From Phoronis australis (taxonomy: Eukaryota > Animalia > Phoronida), in the NCBI GenBank assembly GCA_002633005.1, contig NMRA01000585.1, positions 198,802 to 262,801 on the forward strand: 64,000 nt of DNA, in the 5' to 3' direction. Below, in pieces: positions 39,150 to 53,200 of this stretch. Position 1 is the stretch's first letter; every line of letters starts with the position of its first letter. Below the pieces are notes generated by a model. That model made no database searches. It was not told the DNA's origin and saw only the letters and a program-made list of their open reading frames with translations. A program made the position numbers and the translations under genes.

Positions 39150-39523
39150 GGCTGCAGGAACAGATTCTCCTCAGTCAATCGCCTAAATCAGTCCAGCGTA
39201 ACCCTGTGTACTGAAGCATCGAGATCAAGAGTTAACTCCATCTTGCCATTGTTTGAAACTGCTTAGTTGGAAGCAAAATGCACTAAAATTTGCAATTCTT
39301 ATGGGCAATGTTTTGTGTATCCTGTCAGCCTGTATGCTTAACACCTAGAATAGATCTTTTGTTGTGCGTCGTGTCTTATGGCAGACTGGCACTGGAAGTT
39401 AATAGACTCCACCAAAGTTTGCAGATGCCGTGGAAAAGTGGGTCCAACTCACTCAAAATCCCTTTAGTCTTGTTGTTGGACTTGCTGTTGGACAGCCCGC
39501 ACTCAACGGTCTGAGCTTGCGCT

Positions 39524-39647
39524 CTTCACTTTCTGTTTAGTGCTTGTGATAATGGCCGCCGGGATTTCCCATCAGTGGGGAATTTCCACAAATAAACCCC
39601 GAAGCGCCTTCTATTGGTAGACACCAATGAGCTATAATCTCATTGGT
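39524..39647 (-). promoter_or_regulatory. Promoter of the TRIM-eIF4G chimera: two NF-kB sites, ISRE/PRDI-like element, CCAAT boxes
   Basis: GGGATTTCCC (39561-39570); GGGAATTTCC (39578-39587); minus-strand GAAAGTGAAG (39524-39533); CCAAT/ATTGG at 39613, 39624 and 39642. Confidence 0.65.
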
Positions 39648-39652
39648 CGATT

Positions 39653-40004
39653 TGCTGTGCGTGAACTTGGAATACATCAGGAAACTTAAGTACTTCATTA
39701 AAAAAAAACACGTCCAGGTCTCTAAAAATTTGCACTATACTAAGTCAAATTACATTTTAATAAAATAACGTAAATACCAACCAACTTTTTTCAACTATTG
39801 CCGACCAAACAATAAATAATTTAACTATTCACATTCCTCCGATTCTTTGACACAAGTTACGGTAAAGGGAAAAATGGGTGATCATGAGACCAATAATCAC
39901 AAAAATTCCTTACAATAAACCTGACTGCCCAAATGAATATTCGATTCCAAGTTCACGCAAACGCGATCTTGAAGATTAAGCGGATTCCAAGTTCACGCAC
40001 AGCA
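39653..40004. mobile_element. MITE with 21-bp TIR
   Basis: tgctgtgcgtgaacttggaat ... attccaagttcacgcacagca, with GATT on both flanks. Confidence 0.75.
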
Positions 40005-40329
40005 GATTATTCCTTTTGTTTCGGAAAGAGTTAGACAAGCGGTCGCCAGGTGGCATGACCATCCTTAGGCACTTATATCAGAGACCATTAGCGTTTTGCT
40101 GTTATTGACCATTTACTTCATGAGCCGACACAAGCTCATTGTCTAACGTAGATGCGGCAGGTGAGCTAGATTATGTCCTCATGCACTGAGATGCGTTACA
40201 GATGAAAAAGCATCATCTTGGGCATTACAATCACTAAAAGCAATGCCAACTCCGGCTACTATTGAATTGGCTATTCAGGACAGTTACCTTCCTCCGCTAC
40301 GACGGGCGTGAGTGCACGGCTAACCTGCT

Positions 40330-42410
40330 AGCATAAAAATCCTAACTTAGCTACCCTTGGATTGACCCGGAACTCAAAGGCCTAATCAAGAGAAAGACCG
40401 ACTATATAAGCGCTTCAAATTAACAAGAGATCCAGCGACCCTGCAGTGTGCGAATTAAAACGTTTGAAAGCCGGGAATGGTTCAGATGTCGCTAAGAAAA
40501 TACTGGGATTATATGGAATCACTAATCATAGATACTCACTGACAACGTGAGCAAGCCCAACGAGAAATTTTGGTCTCACATAAGATCTGTAAGATCTGAT
40601 AATATTGAAATCACAACTTTAAAAGATCACGGGAGACTTGTTAGAGAGGCTAAAGAGCAAGCTGAGCTCCTCAATAAATAATTTCAAGCTGCCTCTAGCC
40701 CCAAGATAAACTTTACCTCCGACGAGTTCCATACACGATGCCCCCACGAGACACTGACGTACAGTTTCCTACTTGCCAAATAAAGCACCCGTGTCGAACA
40801 GGGTGCTGAGAAATTAATGAGGGGGCGCAATCCCCGTAAGTCTGTGAGCCCTGATAACATCCACCCACTCATTCTTAAAAGCAATGCAGTGGAACTGGCC
40901 CCAGCTCTGAACCTCATATTTGAATCATCACTTAGGTCTGACATTGTCCCGTCTGAACGAACGTAACCGTTTTCAAAAAAGGAGAAAAATACTTACCTGA
41001 GAACTACATACCTATATCACTAAACCAAATAGAGTGTAAAATGCTTGAACACATAATTGTCCACACGATGATATTATATATGTCGGGAACAACATAGATT
41101 CCGTTCAAAAATGTCTTGTGAAACCCAACGGCAGCGCTTCATCGACAAGATTAGTGAGCACATAATGGATTTTAGTAAAGCCTTCGATAAGTTAAACCAC
41201 CCCTTACTGATCCACAAATTAAACCGATACGGTATATCAGGAGCTGTTAACAACTGGATCAAAAGTTTCCTAGATGGACAACAAACTGTAGTTGTCAGAG
41301 GCAAGAAGTCGTCAAGTATACCTGTGGAGTCTGGGGTACCCCAAAGCAGTATTTTAGGCCCCTGCTTGTTCCTATTATACATAAACGATATTCCCCTTGG
41401 CCTGTCTGGTAAAATCAGACTATTTGCAGACGATACAATCTGTTACAACATTGCTAACTCGGCCGCTGACAGAGAGGCTCTGCAGACAGATTTAGATAGT
41501 CTTGCTCTGTGAGAGGACAAGTGGCTTATGACTTTCCACCCAGACAAGTGTACTGCCCTCACCCTGACCCAGAAAACGCCAAATCCATCCCTCCTCCTAT
41601 GTACTTCACAATCACACGCTAAGGTCGGTCAAGGAGGCTAAATATTTGGGCATCGCCATCTCGCATGAGCTCAAATGGTCATCCCACATAAGCAACATTC
41701 ACAAGAAAGCAAATAAAACTCTGTGGTTTCTTCTGCGAAACTTACGTACTAGCAGCCAACGATGTAAGGAGTTTGCATAACAATGGTTCGACCCACTTTG
41801 GAATACGCCTCTACTGTTGGGACCCTTATACCCAAAAAGACATCGTTGCTGTAGAGAAAGTACAGAGGAGAGCTGCTCGTTGGATCACAAGACGGTTCAA
41901 CCGTCTATCCTCTGTTGGCCCAATGTTAGAAACCGGTCCGCCCTTAATTAGCCACAGACGCAAAATCTGTCGGCTGAAAATGCTTTACCAATATGACAAG
42001 AAGTCGGTCATCATCAACTCTGATGTAGCCCCTATAGCAGATCTTACTATCTCGGGCATCTGTACCAGAAGGTCGTCCAACTATAGCATTCCAATAGGAC
42101 AGATTACAGGAAAAAGACATTCTTTCCTAGAACAGTCGCGGACTGGAATAGAGTGCCTTCACTTGATATCTTTGTCAGCAAGCTGTCTGCCTTTCTGAAG
42201 TAACAAAGTGGGGTGCCTCCATTTGGAGCACCCGCTTACTGACTGCCTTATCTGTTAACGATCTAGCTATGTTAACTGACCTCTTAAGTGACGTCAACTA
42301 TATATCCTTTTAAACCTGTTATAGTTGTTCTCGTTTTTGTTGATCTTCATTGTTATACAGTGACATAATACACTGGAGAGAGTGTGGCCACTTAAACCAA
42401 GGAGAAGAAT
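40330..42410 (+). mobile_element. 5'-truncated, decayed non-LTR retrotransposon (CR1/L2 group) RT
   Basis: DFSKAFD, SGVPQSSILGP, LFADDT, YLG and WDPY..EKVQRRAARW motifs with frameshifts and stops; 3' stem-loop and (aag)-type tail. Confidence 0.92.
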
Positions 42411-43184
42411 CCTCTGTGTGGGCCTACAGCTAGGCAGTTGGCAAACCGTGCCTCTATTCATGCGCGCACCCTGGGGGGGGGGGGGGGGGGCNNNNNTAAA
42501 CCTGTTACAGTTGGTCTCGTTTTTGTTGATCTTCATTGTTATACAGTGACATAATACACTGGAGAGAGTGTGGTCACTTAAACCAAGGAGAAGTGGGCCT
42601 ACAGCTAGGCAGTTGGAAAACCGTGCCTCCATTCACGCGCGCACCCTGGGGGGGGTGCTCGAAAGAGGCCCCTAGCTCATTTGGCGGATTGGTGAGAGTT
42701 GTTTGTACCACAATGTCCTGCCGGGAGTATGACTTTTTGATGACCGTGTCAGTGAAGTCATAAGGGTCAGCATCGGATAGGTACGAGCTAGCGCCGGTAG
42801 TTCATTCTTTTTCACACAGCGTGCAGGGTGAACTGTAGTCTGTCATCTCAGCTCGTAACTGCCGTCCGTGCGTAGTCTATGTAGGACTTAGACAAATGTC
42901 CACAAAACTGCAGATTTACCCCAGTAAAAGCATACTTTTGTGAAAGTAAAAAGACTGCAGAATTTGATTTTAACCAAGCTATATATGTATTGACAGCAGT
43001 GGTATCAATAAGATGACCAAGATTTATTTCACGAATAGCCAAAAACGTTAAATACAGTTTTCTAAAATATTTTGTTTTCGTTATCTGCAACTTTGAAGAT
43101 TTTCATATGTAAACCATACAACCCAGTCTGTTTACAAACTTCTTCGTTCATGCAAAAGTGGAACATTTAAAAATGTGGCAAATC

Positions 43185-43330
43185 AAGAATTATCCGACCC
43201 AGAAATAAACGAGTTCTCCATTGCATTTGTCGTGACATGCGAGATGGACTGATAGGCCTGAAGTCCAGCACGATTCCTTTAGGTGGACGAGTGTACCGAC
43301 GTGTCCAGGTGAAAGCTGACGTGAAGGTCA
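43185..43330 (+). pseudogene. hAT transposase (DUF4371-like) fragment
   Basis: DPEINE / VLHCICRDMRD / VDECTDVSR motif pieces across frameshifts. Confidence 0.55.
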
Positions 43331-44234
43331 TAACAGGATTCCTGGCGGGAAAATTTTGGAATCTCTTTTTGTACTTACAGTACACAATGTTCTCATGCTG
43401 GACAGTTTTTGCAAAGTAATTCGAGGAGTAACCCGAGACATTTTTAAAATATACGTCACTTACTCCATTGACTTACTCTACCCTCTGACACAGCGCTATA
43501 CCTATACTGAAAAGTTGCCCTGTGGAAACCTGGTGAACGACACACGGAATTCTGTGTGGGCATCAATGCGCATGCCTTGGTCGGAAGTGTACCGATCACA
43601 TCGCCACCACTTGCACACTCCTTTATACGCTGTACTCGGGGTTCCCTTGATTTTTGTTTACTTAGAACACTACCGGTTTCAATACATTGCACCTATTCAA
43701 GTCAAAGGTGGTCGCCAAGCCTTTCGTAGCACTATGAGAGAGTGCAGACCGTTAACTCCAAACAATGTTGCTGGGTGTCAGTCCTAGGTCTTCCCATCAC
43801 GCAAATTCGTTCAGCAAAAGGTTGAGGTATTTTTACGGCCGTGTTTACAGACATCTTTGATTAGGCCATATTCCCTACACTAGAAGTTGCAGGGAAGAAA
43901 CAGAGGCGTTTATGGGCAGGACCAGTTTACAAATTTGTAATCATACTGGGAAACTCCCACTCGATTTTTATTTCAGTGTATCATCATGACCTGTACAAAA
44001 TAGTAGCAAAAACAATGGCTGCACTTAATTCAGATTATTTAGCCGGGTCAACCAGCCAAGACATTTGCTTGGTCCTCCATGACAACTTCCAGCTTTTAAA
44101 CCAATCAAGATGTCTCAGCAAGTTGACCCCACAGAATCGGGGAAGACATATCAAATTAGAAACGTTGATAATAGAATTTTATTCACCAGAAATCCCATCA
44201 GGAGCAACACCCACAACCAGGTGTCCCAACGGCT

Positions 44235-47200
44235 TTAAATAGTAGACAATTCACTTGTGTCTAGCAAACATTTCAATTTCCTCCAGGTGGCAATCTTTCT
44301 AGTCTGTAGAATAATGTCAACAAATTGATAATGGCATTTACAGTTTATTTTAATAAACTCTTAAAACAATTCCAAGTGCACAAAATACAATGATTTATTC
44401 ACTCATCAATAGAAATATTCTTTCCACAAAAAGGTAAACAACTGTCTAAGGCCCACCCTGCCCTTGCTTCCCACATCAACTAAGTTGACAATTTTGGGAG
44501 TACTGCTAAATTCTAGAAATGGCAACTGCTTATAAAGCTACTTCAAATACACGTGAAAGAAACTATGTTCTTATTCAGACCATACAAAACTGATCTCAAT
44601 TTGTTTGTTACTGGAACGAACAGTCTGAATTTCTGGACTCCGAAAAGGAAAAGAACTAACATTTCGTTATCACTTCAGCCCATAAAATGACTCGCTGAGT
44701 CAAGTCAACCCACTGAACCTGGTCTCTAGTAATAATGAACTGCCAGAACTTCCCTAGTAATAAAATCCACTCCAACCTGAGTAAGGAACAAGTCGAGACC
44801 AGTTTTACTAAAGTAAGTGGTCATAATCAAAAGTAATTTTTGTAAGCTAAGGCAGTCTATAGTAACTTTAACCCATATCTGTCTCTTGTAGTCGTAAAGA
44901 CTGAATTATTATGGTCTTCAGTTGTTGTGACCCTTCCACACTATGCTGTAAACATCCCCTGCAAACGAGATACGGATAGATTAGGAGAAATCTTGAATTT
45001 CTCTAATGTAACCTGACGAGCCCAACTGAGGGAGGGGGGGGGGGGTGTGGGGGGGTGACTAAGCGAGTTTTTGAAGTTTTATAACTGGTCAACTGTAAAT
45101 GAAAAAAATGCCTTGAAATGTTCATTGGAAAGAAGTACTCAACATGGCATATCAGCTAATTATACAGCACCACTAACTCACAATACAAGTTGAGCCTGAA
45201 TACACAGAATCCATCCGAAAATGGAAATGCACTGCCGTCACCTGAATAAAACCTACTTTTGAATGTCATGAAAATCCATCAAGAAAGTCCAAAGATACAG
45301 AGGCAAACCTAAAAACATAAAACTGCCACTAGGGGACACAGAGGTAGCTGGATTGGTCTAAACTTATCCTCATCTGCTTAGCAGTGTACCCCAGACAGCA
45401 ATATGCGACCACATGTACATAAAAATAATGCCCACAAACTACAACCTCATTCATATGAAGTGCAAACTCATTGATATAGCACAAATCGTTTGATGAGTTG
45501 ATTTGAAACAATTTTACTACTAATCAAGGCACCAACAATAACTACAATTCATGCTACTATTAATCAGTACATTCTTTCATAGAACAAAGAGCTACAGTGC
45601 CCAATGGACAAGTTATCGATTCAAATAGGAACACATTTGGTAAATCTTGGTTGCTAACAATAGAACACAACTCAGTCTGTCAATGTCATTGCAATCGTGA
45701 AAACTTATTGCCACAAAATGAGGGGAACAACCTCTGAAACATACAGCACAAAGACATGGGCCACTCGCACCCAGACGGTGAGAGGGCTGAAAGCTGCAAA
45801 AGTATCAATCGTGCGGTGTACAAAGATAACAACTGTGAACAGAAGGTGAAATAACACACATCAGTGTACACATGCATGCACATTGTAAATGTTTTAAAAG
45901 TACAAACCTTCTCTTTCTTTGCTCTTTCCAAACTTTGCTGAGCCAAAATGGACTTTTCCTGAGCTTCTTTGGCAGCCTCTTGATGAATCTGAGCAATTGT
46001 TTTGGGGTTGTTGTCTGCCCGCCTTGGTACCCAATTATTCTGCAGAAACATGTCATTGAAATTCATAAAGAACTCAAGCCAGCTGCAATTTTTTTTTCTC
46101 TTTTCTGAAGTATCAATCATAATTAGACACAGACACCATGAAAGCATCCTCCTGCAAAAAGCTAAGGTGTCAAGAATAGAACATGTTAGTCAGAAACAAC
46201 GTTGTCAAATAAACAACATCTAAGACAAACCTGCCGCAACTCTATGATGTCTTGTAACAAGAATCTTATCCTAACACCCGTTTTTCGCTGCGTCACAATT
46301 TTTTCCATCTGCTGGAAATACTGCTCAACCCTAGGCTGCAAGCAAAAAAAAACAATTAATATTACTTGTAGAAGCTACAAACCCACTTTTGTCACCAAAG
46401 TAACTTTTCATTTACATCACACATCATTAAGAAATTAGTCTCAAAACATTTCTTATTCGAAACAGGTGTGATTCACGGGGTTAGAAAGAAAAAACTAGCA
46501 CATTGTTAATGTTTGAGAGACAAAGCCCTGCAAGTGGCATTTTATTTGCTGAGTCTGGTCAACAACAAACTGTCAGTTCTTTGCAAGACCACAAATCCCT
46601 TCTCCTCTGAATGAAGAACGAGATGAAAGCGGTAAAAGTGATCTGAACCAAAACTAAGTTAATTTGACAAGATTTAATGCTGCTTTTACATTCATTTTTT
46701 TAACAACTAAAACACAAAACAATAATACCCCACAGTTGAAAGATACCAGTTGTGCAGAGAAGTGCTTATAAATAAAGAATGGGCCAGAGTTCAACAAAGT
46801 AACAGTTGAATCTCAAAATGCTGGCAAACATACTTTTGAAAATTTATCAAAACCTGAGAAATGTTGGACTTGTGGACTGAAGAGCATTTCCTAAGTACCA
46901 GATGCATGAACATTAAGATCGGGCCAAAACTCAGGAACATACAATAGAATCTTAAACTGCTGATGGTATGCATAACAGCACTTGAAAATCCAACGTTTTA
47001 CATCTAATCAAAATCCTTTTTGAATCAGTTGCACACAGAAGAGAATTTCCTACATGAAAGTGTAAAATGGGACAAAATTCCGGAAAAATACAGGTGAATC
47101 ACAAAATGCTGACAATTCGCATTTTTGAAATTTGGTTGAAATCCCCGACACATGTAGGAACTGTGTACAGAAGAGTATTATTCTTCACACAGAAGCACAG

Positions 47201-50200
47201 ACAAATGGACAGAATGGCGCCTACCATTACCATATCTCAGTTGCTGTTGGCAGGGAATAACAGGATTTATAACAATTCCTCAAAGCAGATGTGACACAGG
47301 GAACAAGTTTCGAAAATGTCAGCTGACCTGCGTCAGTTGTGTTCTCTCACTTTTCTGTTCCGACAGCTGTGCTAAATCACCAGGGGTCAGTTTCAAGAAA
47401 AATTATTTGGTCTTACACTACACAAAAATGTTTCCTGGAAAATAACTAAAACTCACTTTTAGTAAAACAACAAAATCTGAGAATATACCCACCATGTTGG
47501 TCACTGAGAAAATTTATGCAAATTATTTCCAGGCTATGATGTTTTAATAATTACATAACCGAACCTCCAATGGGGCTATTTGGAAAATCTACAATAACTA
47601 GAGGGCGTGCGTGTACTAGTGGTGATAGATTAACAGCCTCGATTTCGCGAGCCCTTTAAATACATGTTGAAATGGCTTGCAGCCGTGCCAACTGAATCTG
47701 AGATTGCGTAAAAAGGGTGCTTCTAAGAGAGGAAGTAAGCACGACCTCATACAAAGGTAAGGTTTGTGATTATTTTTATGATTATTCAATGATTATTCTA
47801 CCGATGTCTGTTAACTGAGGCACTCGCCGATGTCGACTTCGCGGCAGTCAGTCGCCAGCCAGAGTCTGGTTAATCTTTGTATGTTGTGATATGTGATACG
47901 ATACTTGACCTAGCAATCGGGATCTTTTCGTACATCAAAGCATTATTATTGTTTGGAATGATTTCTAAAAGTTTATCAGTGGTTATCTCTTCCTGGTGAC
48001 AGTTACATCAATCAATGCTGAATGTTTATGCTGTCAACTCGATACAGGTTAATGAAGATTACAATCCAATCCGAATGTTAAAGGGTACGTGAGTGATAAA
48101 TATCCATTGCATTAGACTATTTGTTTACTTCCTATCATTATGTCTTCTGCAAATCTATTACACGTTGAAATGGAAATCTATCACGTCAGTTTTCACGTAA
48201 CCTTTGGTTTTTAGGTTTGAAGGCTTGTACCGTGCAGAGGAGATATGCATCGCTTCTGCACCGTCCCTGAATGGACAAAAATTGGTTTTTAGCATTTGAC
48301 TGCAGCTAACCAACAAGATCTTCCCATCCAGTGCAGATCTGTTGTCAAAGCCTACTTTCAATATTGGAGACAACGAACAAAGCCTTTGAAAAGGAACAGC
48401 TATTTTTAAAGTCATTTTGTTAAATTACTTATTCAGGTCCCGAGGGGGGATTGGCATGGGGGGTTGTAATATTTGGTACAACTGAATGTGTGGAAATAAC
48501 AGGTAATACATGTTTGGGGAAAAGAGCATGGTGAGGTAATTCTTAACCTTCACGAAGTCCCTTCAAGTTGATTTCATGAAACTGTTTTGCTACTTGTATC
48601 AATTGTAAAACCACGAAAATATATTACATTTTCCGAATTCACAGTGACTGAATAGTCTTAACTCATGCCTTGAAATGTTGCAAGTCGTTATAAATTCAAA
48701 TGACTGCCATTTTTGTGAAAATTGCATTTTTGATGGTGCCTTACGATTTGTAATTACTCTTAAACAACAGAAAGATTATCCATCATTTTTAAATGACCCA
48801 AGTCTTCATATCTTCTATTAGAAGAAAAACGGTTCCCTCAACCTTAGGCTAGAAGTATGCTTGACAGACCCATGAACCTGTAATCTGAGTTTAAAATTGC
48901 TGAAAGTATCAAAATTAAAAAGGCTTGAAAATGGGTAACAAAGGTTTGAAGTTGTCTCAAAAAACTTGTATATTTTACAGACAAGTGATGCGTTTAAAGA
49001 ATTGTTATGGCTAGGGATAAAAAATAAAGACACAGTTTTATGCAATACTCATTATATACACCCTTGGTTTCTGAAAATAGTAATTATTTACTTTTATGTG
49101 AAACTGTAGACCAATCACCATATATTTTTGAAAAACAGGGATAACATTTTTGATCCAATCTGGAGTACTTAATTATTCATATTTCAATATTTGTTCCAGG
49201 TGCAGTGACATTTTAAGACCACTTCAAGCTGTATCATAGACAAGCTTTGTTACTCCGTTCTCTTCCCACAGCACTTCCACACACCAGCAGTGCTGCATGG
49301 CACAATGTGCAAGTCAGTGGCCCTGGAGAAATGTGAATCGCAGTACTAAGTTACCATAAGACAATGTGCCAGTGGAGTGTCTGTGTATCCAGACGAACTA
49401 TATCTGACTGCTACACAAATAAGCCTTGTTGGTGAGGATGCCCTTTCATAGGCAATGAGTCATGTGTGGACAATAGCTTATTTCCTTTCCTGGAAGAAAC
49501 ATGAGGGACTGAAGCTAAAGAAGACCTAGTCACACTCTGGTCTAGTTCAGAGTCTGATTTTGGGCTCAAAACGATTCAAGTGATATGCTGCTGTGTTTAC
49601 CTTCAAGGGTCTAATTGTGGATGTTATTGAGGCTGAATGAGGTTACATGAAAGAAAGCCACGTGTTGAAACTGGACCTTTTTTACAAGCGCTTCTATAGG
49701 CCATTGAAACTAGAACCCAGTGAAATGAAAGCCAAAAGCTGAGTGACATTAAATTTTCCTTTCAGAAGAAAGGCTTTATACTATTGGTAAAAACTTTTCA
49801 ATTTGGTACAGATTATGGGGAAATGACATTCAGTGACTGCATCGATTGTCTTATTGTATGTTTTCAATTGTAGCTAGCTGGATAAGAATCTGCTATGCAC
49901 AAGATTCGAGAATAAACAATTATCAGTGTATTTAAAAACAAATGGCAAACTGAAAAAGCACAGAAAGAAACAACATTGCGAGGGAGTCCATAATCAGGCA
50001 TATCAGGTGCTGAATTTCTGAATTACGTTCAATTCTCTCAGGTTATTGCTGAAGGATTGCTTTTCACTTTGTCCAACGGTGAAATAGATGGTCAGGCGGT
50101 TGGTTTCAGTTGTTTTTTCTTGCCTGTAACAGAATAGAAATATTAGCAAATTGTAAAAGAAAAGACAAGACAAAACTACTTTTGTAAGGCAGAACATACT

Positions 50201-53200
50201 TGACATTTCATCTTCATGTTTATGTGTAGAAACTAATAACCTTTGTACCCAAGTCTTATTTAATATCTGAATTAAAATATGTGAAACAGGCTAAAAGTGA
50301 TTTAACAATGTGTATTTTTCATGACACTTAAAATGTGCTTCTGATCTCAACAAGTAAAATTCATTCTAGGTGTCAATTTTTTTCCAATGCAATGTTACGA
50401 CATTTACTGAATTAAGGCTTATTCATGTTAATTCGATAACTGAGCTGGTGGTCCTGGGGGTGGGGTCCACGATAAAATAAGGAAACTCACTCATCTAGAG
50501 AATTTTATTGGAAACAGCATAGTTTTGAAGAGAAACTGCTGTGAAAAAGTCACTCTTGACTTCTGTGCATCACGTGCCATACACCTCTTATTTTGGGAGC
50601 ACTCCCACCCAGGACAATATGAATATGTGCTGCTAGCCTACCCGGCATCGGGTGAGTTTCCAAAAAGAAACACTCAGTTTCACTCAATAAAACTGTTATT
50701 CAGTGGGGTAACTGGTGGGGATAACATCACCGAACGATGTTGATAGAAACTGATTGCTAAAAACTTACCAAGTAATGTTGTGTACTCTTCGAATGGAACT
50801 GTGCATAGTCATAGAGCACACACGGGGCTTCAGCATCCACACACTTTTTGTCAGTTAGTTGACCCTGTTGACCGCAATTGTCCACGAATATAGTAACCTT
50901 AGGTCTTTTGAGAATGTGTGGCCACCTGTCGAAGACTTGCACCAGGGAAATTAGCAGTAATAAGGCTTAGCGCGACGACGTATTTTGACAAAAATTCCAT
51001 CTTTTACCAGTTGTTTACATGCAGATAGCCACGCATGCGCAATTCAATCACCACTAGTACAGCAGCGACACCGCGAGGAGAATTCTCCGAATAGCCCCAT
51101 TGGAAACTGTGAAGTGAGAGCATAAGACTAAATTTCTGTCTTGTCTTAAATTCACATTTTATGAAACAGGCCCCAGTGGCCGGTTGCATGAAACAGTCCT
51201 AAACAGGGACTCAACTAAGGTCCCTAAGCCTTTTTGTGTATTTGTGTCTTTATGGACTAACAGATGCAATACTTTTTCTATCATTTTGTCTTTATTATGA
51301 GCTTATGAGCTCCTCTTTGATAATGGCATTTTTTAATATAACTAAAAACTGAGCCCAGAGTTCATTGAAAATATATGGGGACTCAGTCCTTAAATTGGGG
51401 GAGTTGCATGAAAAGATCCCTAATTACTTTCGAAAATATTGACAATTCAACACAAAGAACACTCTCGATTTGCATCAAAATCAGAAGTTGACTTAGTAAT
51501 GAAACTGAAACAATACAAGAAAGTGCAATCGATGTTTTCACAAGTTCAAAAACACGCAGCAGATTTAGGGAACTTACCGTAAACGTTCGGGTTAACACCC
51601 TGGGCGGTTAAATTGGCAAACCCAAAAAATCGGGGGTGGGCGGTTAACCAGACATGGGCGCTTAAACGTGAAATTTCAAGAAATCCAGGGTGGGCGGTTA
51701 ACCGAACATATTACGACAGGCAACCGCCCTGGGCGGTTAATCTTACCTCGTACTCGGAACGCGTAGAACTTTTCAAAGAGCGTTATTGTCACGTCGCCAC
51801 ATGACGGGAAAAATGTCATAACAGTGGATGATCCCAACAAAGATTCTCTTGCCCTCAGATTAGTTATTCACTATTAAATTTACAGAATTGCTGAGTAATA
51901 GCCCCGTGGCGTCCTGCGGTCTTGTTACTTTGCCCTCAAGAGAGCAGACGACCAGTGACCACGCAGCCTCTACTTGGATTGCAACTATTTCAAGATGTGA
52001 CCTTGTTAAAGTGCGCGCGTGCAAGATTCACGTGTTGCAGAGGTCACAGCAGACATCAAATTTATGGTTACATTCTCGTACTGAGCTTCCAAGTTCATAG
52101 ACCCTATTCACGCCGACAGGAGGCGCGTTCCAAAACGAGGCTCGCTACGATAGCTCTGTTAGCTCATCGGCAAAGTTCTGTTTCAGTCCGTGTTGTTCCG
52201 CGAACGACTAGAAAAAATACGGACGTGCAACTGTCTGCTTTACAATCTCTAAAGACGTTGAGATTTGGAAGCGTTGGGTCGTTGCCATACGCCGCGACGA
52301 AGCAAAATATGTCCGTGTAAAATTTATAAATGTTTTCGAAAAGTTAGATCATATTTTGTCGCATCTCGGTCAGTTGTCAAGCATCATAGTAACGACCAGA
52401 GAATGCGCCAGCCAGGCTGTGTTTTCATGACTACAGATTTAGGGGTTTAGGGGGGGGGGGGCATGGCCCCTCTANGGGCATGGCCCCTCTAAAATTGTAT
52501 CAGATCCCATTTTAGAGTTCGGGTGCGAATTGCTGATTAGCACACGTGCGCAACCAGGGGGTCTTGGGGGGGGTGAATAAACAACGCATAGGCGCTGAAT
52601 GAACCCCGTTTACCGTTTTTTCTCCAAAAAGGACAGGGTCCCCAATCCCTCAAATTTGGGACCCAATATCGGCCCTATTCCCCTCTCAAAAGTATTGAAA
52701 TATCACGCGAAATTCCCCCCACGAGGCATGCCCCTAGTGAAAAATCTCTCTGAGTTCACTTCACCTGTAACCACACAGGTGACACTTTTTAATAGCACAA
52801 AAGGCTACTTTAAATTGAGACAGAGCCTATGAGCGCTTGCTACAGGGCGGGGGTGCTATTGATGGTGATCGGGAGGTAGATTGTTCCTGCCCTCACTCGG
52901 CGAAAAAATCGCCTCTCAGTAGGCACCTTTCCCCTCGGATGAACGAGGCCCTGCAGAAACATGATAACTATGATTGCATTGTCCAGTTAACTGAAATTGA
53001 GTTCTAAAACGAGGTTATGTTTTGGACAAACGAATTAGGTGTTTTAATTTTAAAATTTAACTTGGTCCAGATTGATATTTGAAATCTAACACATGAGATA
53101 GACGTAAGAATTATTACAACCGAGAAAGCAGAATTGATGGTCAAATAATTTTTGCTTTCAATTACGAGCCTGGTTTTTTATTTTAATAAAAAACTATTTA

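Noticed and set aside
42312-42655. Direct duplication of the LINE 3' end
   Set aside because: Copies flank a poly-G/N gap, so likely an assembly overlap; the same applies to 8458-8627 vs 8878-9045 and to 52460-52490
45180-45242. Potential extra in-frame exon of the MIF4G gene ([13 protein letters not shown]...)
   Set aside because: Matches the HINE-like repeat (ttccattttcggacggattc) and has no eIF4G similarity
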